Below are positions 29,639 through 37,331 of a stretch of DNA of 42,989 bases, piece by piece (position 1 is the stretch's first letter; every line of letters starts with the position of its first letter). This DNA is from Minisyncoccota bacterium (GTDB taxonomy: Bacteria > Patescibacteriota > Minisyncoccia > Phycocordibacterales > UBA9973). The stretch spans positions 1 to 42,989 of the forward strand of contig JAYSVN010000037.1 of NCBI GenBank assembly GCA_043718505.1, given 5' to 3'. A program made the translations under genes and the position numbers. Under the pieces are notes generated by a model. It saw nothing but the letters and a program-made list of their open reading frames with translations, was not told the DNA's origin and did not search any database.

Positions 29639-30745
29639 TTATTTAGCGAGATTAGATTTAATAATATAATCTTCTTTACTTACTGGCATGTTGCTTTTCA
29701 GATAATATTCGTATTTTTCTAAAAAGTCAATTATTTCTTTGCCGACAGAAATTGAATCTTTATACTGGGTGGATTCGTACTTTTCTAAAACTGAGGAAAG
29801 TATATCAAGCGATACATTGCTCTTATTTCTAAAGTAGCTTAACAACTTTGTGTAGGTGCGCAAAAGTCTTTCTTGATTACTTCCGGCTCCTGGTCTCAAG
29901 TCTTCTCTGTATAAAGCCGTACTAACAATGATTGAATCTTCAAGTTTTCTTAAAATTCCATCAGGCATTACCGGCAAGCCTATTACAGGGTAAAAATCAT
30001 TTACATGGCCAACTCTCATAACTTCTTTAAGCATTGTTGTCGTTCCCAAGGCAAGTTCTACACCGATAGGCAAGCCTTTTTCTTCAAGGAGAATGAGGTT
30101 ACCGATATCTTTACACTCGTTGCTATCTACATTTGAAATTGCAAAATTAAAATTTCTACCATTAATTTCGGGTATCCCTATGTTGTGCCTATAATACAAT
30201 TGCGGCTCAGAATCAACCTCAATTTGATCATCATCTAAAAAATTACGGCATACTGCCTTCAGATCAGTATCCTCAGAAGATACCTTTACCTTAATTCTCT
30301 TGCCTTCAATTTGTAGATCATCCTTTATAAAATTAATACCACTTTCAAATAACGTATTTATTTTTTCTGGTTTTACTAATGCGCCGAGACTGGTAAAGTG
30401 AGAACCCCATTTTGGTATATGTGAGTCTTCGAAGGCTGATTTAAGATTTTGTGTCCTAATACATTCTTGGTGCATATAAACACCCTCTTCTGGAATATTT
30501 TTGTCAATTAAAAATTCTTTTAGAACGCTTATATGTGAGCCGATAAACCTAACGGATGAGTCAATTTTAGAGCTTATTGGTACAGATGGAATTTCCCTAT
30601 AGTTATTTCTGTTAAAGCTGGTATCAAAATCATTAACTAGATGCTCAACATAAGCTGGACCATCTTCTCGATGGAAAGTAATACCTTCATATTTTTTATC
30701 ATTATTTAATCCGTTATGAAATTCAGAGGTAAAATTTTTCTCCAT
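29639..30745 (-). CDS. Truncated AlaRS-like (class IIc) catalytic-domain protein
   Basis: ISSKIDSSVRF (cf. DPTLLF), QECIRTQN (cf. QxCxR), HFTSLG (cf. FFEMLG), LEDSI...LRPG...RLLR (cf. IADH...P...YVLR); no editing or C-Ala domain. Confidence 0.7.
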   Translation of the reverse strand: MEKNFTSEFHNGLNNDKKYEGITFHREDGPAYVEHLVNDFDTSFNRNNYREIPSVPISSKIDSSVRFIGSHISVLKEFLIDKNIPEEGVYMHQECIRTQNLKSAFEDSHIPKWGSHFTSLGALVKPEKINTLFESGINFIKDDLQIEGKRIKVKVSSEDTDLKAVCRNFLDDDQIEVDSEPQLYYRHNIGIPEINGRNFNFAISNVDSNECKDIGNLILLEEKGLPIGVELALGTTTMLKEVMRVGHVNDFYPVIGLPVMPDGILRKLEDSIIVSTALYREDLRPGAGSNQERLLRTYTKLLSYFRNKSNVSLDILSSVLEKYESTQYKDSISVGKEIIDFLEKYEYYLKSNMPVSKEDYIIKSNLAK

Positions 30746-30754
30746 AAAATAAAT

Positions 30755-31549
30755 TTATTTAATTTGACAAATAATGAATATCAAGAATTTCCTTTTTGGA
30801 AAAAGTTGTTCAGTCACTTTTCCCAGAGATTTAATGATCCACTTCGGGGTTTCAGTAATTAATGGGTTTCCAAAATATTTAACATCTATATGCTCTATGG
30901 TTCTATTTGTTACGCGAACAGCATTTTCTATTATTGGAATTAGTTTTTTGGCACTATACCTTTTTTCAGAGCCAAGCCGATATCCGGGAATAAACTTTAG
31001 GAACGGTAGCTTACTGAGAATTTTGGCTTTAATAATAGCCGGCGAACGAAAATTTGGTACTGCAATAGCAAGGCAGCCTTTGGTCGCCACTACCCTTACC
31101 ATTTCTGTAAGCATTTTTTTGACACTTTCTGAATCATAGTGCTCCACAACCCCAATATTCCAGACCAGATTAAAACTTTTATCTTTGAATGGCATGTTAA
31201 AAATATTGCCTTCAACATACTTTATATTTTGGGCATGAAACTTTTCAGCTAAAAATTGTGCGTAATTGAGTGCCTCTATTGATATATCAAGAAATGTTCT
31301 ATCGTAATCTGCTCCAAGAAGTATCGATGCTTTTCCTGACCCGCTTCCAGCTTCAAGTATTTTTGGGTCTTCAAATTTAGAGATTAGTGTTTTAAAATAT
31401 AGAACTATATCCATATAATATAATTCCCACCAATATGAAGAATACTTCTTAAATTCGTGACTTCCTTTTTGTAATTCTTTTAAAAAAATATTACTCCAGT
31501 TTTCATTTTCTTCTTCGATTATTTTTGATATTTCTTTGGAATATTTCAT
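30755..31549 (-). CDS. Class I SAM-dependent methyltransferase
   Basis: ILEAGSGSG, LDIS, GNIFNMPF, NIGVVEH, VPN. Confidence 0.88.
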   Translation of the reverse strand: MKYSKEISKIIEEENENWSNIFLKELQKGSHEFKKYSSYWWELYYMDIVLYFKTLISKFEDPKILEAGSGSGKASILLGADYDRTFLDISIEALNYAQFLAEKFHAQNIKYVEGNIFNMPFKDKSFNLVWNIGVVEHYDSESVKKMLTEMVRVVATKGCLAIAVPNFRSPAIIKAKILSKLPFLKFIPGYRLGSEKRYSAKKLIPIIENAVRVTNRTIEHIDVKYFGNPLITETPKWIIKSLGKVTEQLFPKRKFLIFIICQIK

Positions 31550-31564
31550 AAACAACAACGGGGG

Positions 31565-32965
31565 TTATTTCAGTGCCATCTTAACCGTAAACGTTGCACC
31601 CTGGCCAACACCCGGTGAATCAGCTGAAATCTTGGCTTTGTGCGCTTCTACAATTTGTTTTACCAGGTAAAGTCCAAGCCCTGAGCCGCCGGCATTCATT
31701 TTTTCGCCTTCGCCGCGATTAAATTTGCCGAATAGTTTTTCCTTGGTTTGAGGGGACATACCGATGCCCGAATCAGTAATTGAAATCACGGCTTCACTTC
31801 CCTCTTTTTTAATTGAGAGCTTAACAAAACCTTTTTCAGTGTATTTAATTGAATTATCGAGCAGATTGAGCACAACCTGGCGAAACTTTACCGGATCGGC
31901 ATTAACCATGCATGGCTTGGCGCTATCATGATCATAGCTAAGCTCCAGACCTTTACTTTTAGCAGTCAGGGAAAATTCATTGTAGAGGGCCGATGTAATG
32001 AGTTCGAGATCAACATCCTGAAATGCATATTGCATCCCGCCCTGCTCAATTTTAGCCACATCAAGCAGGTCTTCAACAACATTAGCCAAGTTGAGACTGG
32101 ACTGGAAAATACGGCTAATTGGTTCGTGCTGAGTTTCAGTAATTGCACCGTATGAATTTTCAAGAAGCATTGAAGTATAACCTTTAATGGCCGTAATCGG
32201 GCTACGTAATTGGTGAGAAGCCAGCGAGAGAAATTCTGTCTTAAGTTTATCGAGACTTTTTAGTTTTTCATTGGCATCCTGGAGGGCCTTATACAAATAG
32301 GCCTTATCAAGTGCCACCGCTACAACGTCCGTCACGCTTTTAATAGCTTCTTTTTCATGTTCAGAAAGCGAATTATAGTCACGATTGAAACCGAACAAGA
32401 GAACACCGATAATTTTATTCTGCGTTATAAGCGGAAAAGCTAAAATGGTCTTGATGTTAGCCGCTTCGCGTATTATGTCGAGCTTTTCAGTAGGAATAAA
32501 TCCGCTCCAGACATCGGCAATATTATTTGTTAGAGCTGAAGCTTTGTATTGGATTAGTTTTTCAAAAAATGGCTGTTTAGATGCTGCAGTAATAGTAGCG
32601 TCCTTAAAGTGAAAACCGACCTGGTCAAGAGCGGCAAATAAACGATCTGATTTTGAAAAGTGGAGCGGCTCAAGCGAATCTGCTTTCTCGTTAAAAACAA
32701 AAATACCCGCTATTTCAAGGTTAAGATCTTTTCTGACGGCATCGGAAACATCATTGGCGAGCGTGATAGGATCAAGTTCAAGCAAGCTAATCTGATACAG
32801 TTTCCTCAAAAGAGACAACGTCTTGTTGACGATGGCCAGTTCGAGATTGTGTTTGTAGACTTCTTCGTTTATCTGTCGCAGACGATCCTCACTGTTTGAT
32901 TCAACTGGTTCTTTTGATGCGGCAGGATTTTTTAATTCTGGTTGAGTGTTATCAGTGTCAGGCAT
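31565..32965 (-). CDS. Soluble GAF-domain histidine kinase
   Basis: GAF-like region (PL...IIGVL), ASHQLRSP, NLLDNSIKY, DSGIG, GSGLGLY; no TM. Confidence 0.9.
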   Translation of the reverse strand: MPDTDNTQPELKNPAASKEPVESNSEDRLRQINEEVYKHNLELAIVNKTLSLLRKLYQISLLELDPITLANDVSDAVRKDLNLEIAGIFVFNEKADSLEPLHFSKSDRLFAALDQVGFHFKDATITAASKQPFFEKLIQYKASALTNNIADVWSGFIPTEKLDIIREAANIKTILAFPLITQNKIIGVLLFGFNRDYNSLSEHEKEAIKSVTDVVAVALDKAYLYKALQDANEKLKSLDKLKTEFLSLASHQLRSPITAIKGYTSMLLENSYGAITETQHEPISRIFQSSLNLANVVEDLLDVAKIEQGGMQYAFQDVDLELITSALYNEFSLTAKSKGLELSYDHDSAKPCMVNADPVKFRQVVLNLLDNSIKYTEKGFVKLSIKKEGSEAVISITDSGIGMSPQTKEKLFGKFNRGEGEKMNAGGSGLGLYLVKQIVEAHKAKISADSPGVGQGATFTVKMALK

Positions 32966-32973
32966 GTTCAGTT

Positions 32974-33270
32974 TTATGCAAGACTAGCCGGCACTTGTTC
33001 TCTTGGTAATTCTGCAAGCAAATCCTGTACTGCCTCCTTGCACACTTCGCGTGAAGCCCGCCCAAAAAGACGCTCATACTGGGCGACGAGTCTGTTGACG
33101 GTCTCTTTTTCATCGCCGTTAAGTGTGATCTCTCCGCCTCGCTGGTTGATAACTGAAAGCCCCTGAACTTTTTTGGCCTCATCCCAAGCAATAGGCCCAA
33201 TAATGAGTTCCTGTTCTCTGATTATTCTTATTCCTATTTTGGAGAAGATTGACATAATATTATGACTCAA
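32974..33270 (-). CDS. Small helical protein between membrane sensor and kinase
   Basis: 98 aa, IIREQELIIGPIAW...LVAQYERLFG; tightly coupled to both neighbours. Confidence 0.75.
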   Translation of the reverse strand: MSHNIMSIFSKIGIRIIREQELIIGPIAWDEAKKVQGLSVINQRGGEITLNGDEKETVNRLVAQYERLFGRASREVCKEAVQDLLAELPREQVPASLA

Positions 33271-34090
33271 TTACTTTCTGGAATGTTAAACCTAGTATGA
33301 CGAGCGAGATAGATGTGGCAAAGTATGAACAGGCGTAGAGAAAATCACCGTATCCGCCGTTTATCCAGGTCCCACTACTAGCTTGATACAAAAAGTTAAA
33401 ATCTGCAACATACTGGAGCACCAGGGCCAGTAAAATTAAAAGTATTGGTTTTCTCATTATTCCTCCCAAAAAATTTCTTGAGGCAAATAGAGCTGTTAGC
33501 GCCAAAGAAACGTATACAGCATCGCCAAGTGGATACCCGAAGTCGAGGAATATTCTAAGCGGGCTGGACTCATCAAAACTATATCCTTTTAGAAAAAAGA
33601 GGTACGAAGCAATAACCAATATTAAAGGTATGATTATTGCTAAAATTTTTTTACCTGAGGATTTCTGGAGACTTAGGCGTACCCCGCTGGCCCTACCTAG
33701 CAAAACCAAAGCATAGCTATAAAATATTATACTAACAAAGAACCCTATATCTGCAATTGACGGATACGGGATTTCAACTTGAGTTACTAAGTTATAGAAG
33801 CTAAACGTACTTTGCCCGAAGACTTGTGCCAAAAGACCGAAAGAGAAAAAGATTATGGATTTTCCCATAACACTCTTGAATCCTCCCCAGGATTTTGCTA
33901 CCACTAATCCGCCGATTGCACCCATGAGCGCAATAATTTGATATGAGGCCGCCCAGTTAAGATGTTGGCCCAAGTTTTCATTTGTGGAAAACTGGAGAAC
34001 AAGCCACCAAACTGTCGCTGCAATGAACAAAAAGATTGTCAGGTTTTCGAATAAACGAGCTTTCCTAAAAAATGCTATGTTTTTTTCCAT
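33260..34090 (-). CDS. Multi-TM membrane protein, stand-alone MASE-like sensor domain
   Basis: About 7-8 TM helices, PYPSIADIGF and YPLGD motifs typical of membrane sensor domains; TATAAT 7 nt upstream. Confidence 0.7.
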   Translation of the reverse strand: MEKNIAFFRKARLFENLTIFLFIAATVWWLVLQFSTNENLGQHLNWAASYQIIALMGAIGGLVVAKSWGGFKSVMGKSIIFFSFGLLAQVFGQSTFSFYNLVTQVEIPYPSIADIGFFVSIIFYSYALVLLGRASGVRLSLQKSSGKKILAIIIPLILVIASYLFFLKGYSFDESSPLRIFLDFGYPLGDAVYVSLALTALFASRNFLGGIMRKPILLILLALVLQYVADFNFLYQASSGTWINGGYGDFLYACSYFATSISLVILGLTFQKVIES

Positions 34091-34129
34091 TGCTGTAATT
34101 ATAGTACTTGTAGAAATAAAGACAATACA

Positions 34130-35047
34130 CTAGTTATGTTTATATTTTATTATATACTTCCTAAGGAAAAAAGAAGGCCTGAACAGTGTTTTCGCCTGCC
34201 GTAGGCTTGGAATCCCTAAATCTTGTTCGAAATTAAGGTATTTTCTGCCCAGTGCATGTAGTACCTTTGCAGTTTCCTGCATAAGGTAGGCGTATATACC
34301 CGTATAGGCATCATCAGCCTTTACGACATGGGACATAACATACTCTTCATCTGTTAATTCGTTAATAGAAAATGCGACCAATTTGTGATCAACAAACACT
34401 CCTGTCGAAACAGTTTCAAATTGATTCCATGCCAAAAAAAATCTTTCAATGACCACAATCTCCTCATGCGAAGCATAATGTTCATCTTTTTGTGTCTTAG
34501 AATCAACCCAGGTCTTATAAAGGTTTATAATTTTCTGTTGGGTTTCTGGATCACCAAGAGAAAGAGTTTTTACTGTAGCTTCAGGATATTTTCTCAAAAA
34601 ACGATGGATCATTCCCCTCTTCGATTCAAATGCATGGCCCTTAAAATTTTTTAGCTCTTCGAGATCATATATATAATCAAAATTATCCCTGTCTTCATCA
34701 ACAGTAAAGATATTCCTGTCTATGCCCTCGGTATATCTTTCGAGAATTAGTTTTACTTCAGGCTCAATTTTTTCTTGCAATGATAGGTCAAGAAGGCTGC
34801 TCAATGTTTCATTAGTTTTATTCGTACCAAGATAGGTATAGAATGGTTCGCCTGTTACATAATTGATAAATCTAATTATGTAATTTTCATGCAATTGAGA
34901 GATTTGCATGGAATCCTGAACATCCCACGACCATGTACCGGCAAAATTAAAATCAGATGAGCAGGGTGAGATTTTTTTTGTAAATTTCTCGACCTCTTTA
35001 TGGTCAGATAGTTCTAATTTTTTAAACGCTGGAAACGCCGGGATCAT
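34130..35047 (-). CDS. Stand-alone DUF2156 / aminoacyl-phosphatidylglycerol-synthase C-terminal-like GNAT transferase
   Basis: SDFNF, DRDNFDYIY, G..F..KR, H.VKAD..Y.GIY, NFEQDLGIPSLRQAK...P. Confidence 0.85.
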   Translation of the reverse strand: MIPAFPAFKKLELSDHKEVEKFTKKISPCSSDFNFAGTWSWDVQDSMQISQLHENYIIRFINYVTGEPFYTYLGTNKTNETLSSLLDLSLQEKIEPEVKLILERYTEGIDRNIFTVDEDRDNFDYIYDLEELKNFKGHAFESKRGMIHRFLRKYPEATVKTLSLGDPETQQKIINLYKTWVDSKTQKDEHYASHEEIVVIERFFLAWNQFETVSTGVFVDHKLVAFSINELTDEEYVMSHVVKADDAYTGIYAYLMQETAKVLHALGRKYLNFEQDLGIPSLRQAKTLFRPSFFLRKYIIKYKHN

Positions 35048-35049
35048 AA

Positions 35050-35901
35050 TTAATCGACTATTTCTGCGCGAAAGTTTTGGTAGCCGTCTCCGAAAACATA
35101 TTCAATTTCAATTTTTAATTTTTCTCCTGCTACTACTGCTTTACCGTTAATAGGAATAAGCATTGGAGCATTCAATGCTTCGGTATTTTCTAGGGTAATA
35201 TCGTCTGTTAGAATTGACATACTTGTGAGACAAATGCTGTTTACGAATCCATCTTGGGTAGCCTCTAGTTCCAAGGTGACTTTAGTTTTTTCATCATTAA
35301 TTTTGTTAAAAACAATTGAGTTTAATAGAACTTTATTTGAAACTCTCTTTAGTTTTAATACTTTCCAGTCATGCCATTTCCAGAGATGAATAATCATATT
35401 CATGGAAAAATTATCGTAGAGTGAAAAATTTGCCTCCATGAGTTCGACATATGTATCCTGCCTTTGCGGAATAACGGTTGTTTCAGCGTCTATCACACCA
35501 CTTTTATGCAAGTTGTTTATTGCCTGAACTTGGTGCTCATCCACCATTCCTGTGGTTAGCATTTCGGCAATTACAACATTAATTTTTCCTTTCTCCTGAA
35601 GAGAAAGGATTCGTGCATCTTGGACAATAAGTTCGATCTGATTTTCAAATCCGTTTGAATTAAAATTTTTCTTAGCTATCGAAGCAATAAAAGGATCAAA
35701 TTCGACTGCAAAAACTTTCTTTGCTTTAGAGCGGGCAGCCAAAATAGCCATGATTCCTGAACCAGTTCCGAGGTCTAAAACAGTATCATTTTCTTTGATT
35801 GTTTGCTCAATTGCTTTAGAGAAAGCGTTTGTTCTTTCTTCATCAACAAGGCATTGTCCGACGAAGTCTATCGAGCTAAAAGCTTTATCGTTATCTGTCA
35901 T
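35050..35901 (-). CDS. PRMT-like SAM-dependent methyltransferase
   Basis: LVDEERT.AF..AI, VLDLGTGSGIMA, AVE, double-E loop AEMLTTGMVDE, C-terminal beta-rich domain. Confidence 0.8.
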   Translation of the reverse strand: MTDNDKAFSSIDFVGQCLVDEERTNAFSKAIEQTIKENDTVLDLGTGSGIMAILAARSKAKKVFAVEFDPFIASIAKKNFNSNGFENQIELIVQDARILSLQEKGKINVVIAEMLTTGMVDEHQVQAINNLHKSGVIDAETTVIPQRQDTYVELMEANFSLYDNFSMNMIIHLWKWHDWKVLKLKRVSNKVLLNSIVFNKINDEKTKVTLELEATQDGFVNSICLTSMSILTDDITLENTEALNAPMLIPINGKAVVAGEKLKIEIEYVFGDGYQNFRAEIVD

Positions 35902-35970
35902 AATTTATTATACCTTTAAAATATAGCCTATTTTGGCTAAAACTCAAAATTGAATAGGTTAGTATCTTTT

Positions 35971-36909
35971 TTAATAAACTGCTAAAAGAATAGCCCCGCC
36001 AGCCATTAAAACTATGGCTACAATTTTAAATATGAGACTTCTACCTGAAAGATCTTCGTAAATGTACTTTGGGAGGAACTTTGTTCCGATAATACCTATC
36101 ATAAGTACATAAAATCCCTGGACAGCCTTAAGCGCCGTTACAGAAACTACAGCTATCCTGAGTGAAGCATACGATACGGCGAGTGTTGCCAGAACATTTA
36201 GGACTTCAGCGAGTATGTAGACCTTCCAAACCGCTCTTGTATTACTTTTCAACATAACTTTAAACTCCTTACGAAATGAAGGGGCTACAAAAAAAACTAT
36301 CACGGTAGTTAGTCCCATTCCTACGTACATCCATAAGGAAGAAATAAAGAATTCGCTTATTCCAATTGTAGTAAATGATTCAATTTCGATTGTAGATTTT
36401 TTGAAGAATACCAGGCCGAGAGAAATAATTAGAGTAGCGATAAGCATATATCCTGCTTCTTTTCTGAAAGCTAATTTCTTTTTTGGATTATATGACAAGA
36501 GTGCTCCTCCAAAAAGAATAAAACCCAGGGCGACTAATTTTGGTAAAGCCAATATTTCACTTAGGAAAATTACCCCTAAAATGTAAGAGAAGAATCCAAT
36601 AAATTGGAAAAGTGGTGCAACACTTGAAGCATCTCCTCCTTCGAGCGCTTTATAGTAGAAGTAGACCCAGGAAACCTGGAATACTCCGGTCAGTAGTAGC
36701 ATCCCAATATTTTCAATTGGCAGGAATACCGAGTATCCGCTAACTGTTAGACAAATAAAAATAATAAGAGAGATAATAAACGAGAAAAATCCAAAGAACA
36801 TCCACGCCGATTTCGATGTTGCAACCTTAGTTACCAAAAACTTATCAATGAAATTGACTATGGCATATAGAAGCGGAGCAATAAATGCTGCGAGAATGAT
36901 CGGATTCAT
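35971..36909 (-). CDS. EamA/DMT-family transporter
   Basis: About 10 TM helices in two repeats; YYKAL..GDASSVAPL...FLSE. Confidence 0.85.
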   Translation of the reverse strand: MNPIILAAFIAPLLYAIVNFIDKFLVTKVATSKSAWMFFGFFSFIISLIIFICLTVSGYSVFLPIENIGMLLLTGVFQVSWVYFYYKALEGGDASSVAPLFQFIGFFSYILGVIFLSEILALPKLVALGFILFGGALLSYNPKKKLAFRKEAGYMLIATLIISLGLVFFKKSTIEIESFTTIGISEFFISSLWMYVGMGLTTVIVFFVAPSFRKEFKVMLKSNTRAVWKVYILAEVLNVLATLAVSYASLRIAVVSVTALKAVQGFYVLMIGIIGTKFLPKYIYEDLSGRSLIFKIVAIVLMAGGAILLAVY

Positions 36910-36910
36910 A

Positions 36911-37306
36911 TTATTTTATATTTTCCATCGGATACCTTGTCCCTCGCATAATAAAATTGGTTTCCATATCTTGTAGTCCAAATATGTCTTTCATATATGA
37001 TGTAACAAATTCCTGGTCCAGACCGTTACGACAAGTATATACATCGGCACTGACAAAACCGCGCTTAGGAAAAGTATGAATTGAAATATGGCTCTCCGCT
37101 ATCACAACAAAGCCGCTCCAGCCGCCGGGATCTTTGATACCATTGTCGGGCGCAGAATAAACTACAGGCTCTGAAAGAGTCTTCATGCCAAGTTTCTCAG
37201 GAAGTTCTTGAAGTGCTTTTAAAACAACTTCCTTGTCGTTCAGTTTTTGATAATCTCCCCCGTAGCCGTCAATAGTGAGATGTTCACCGAAGTTAGTGGT
37301 TTGCAT
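36911..37306 (-). CDS. speD: Pyruvoyl-dependent S-adenosylmethionine decarboxylase proenzyme family
   Basis: GEHLTID, IAESHISIHTFP (E-S cleavage site), DVYTC. Confidence 0.85.
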   Translation of the reverse strand: MQTTNFGEHLTIDGYGGDYQKLNDKEVVLKALQELPEKLGMKTLSEPVVYSAPDNGIKDPGGWSGFVVIAESHISIHTFPKRGFVSADVYTCRNGLDQEFVTSYMKDIFGLQDMETNFIMRGTRYPMENIK

Positions 37307-37331
37307 AAGCTATATACTATCACTTTTGACT

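Noticed and set aside
32958-33200. 80-aa minus-strand ORF overlapping the 98-aa gene
   Set aside because: Shadow frame; the 98-aa ORF fits the operon spacing and looks protein-like
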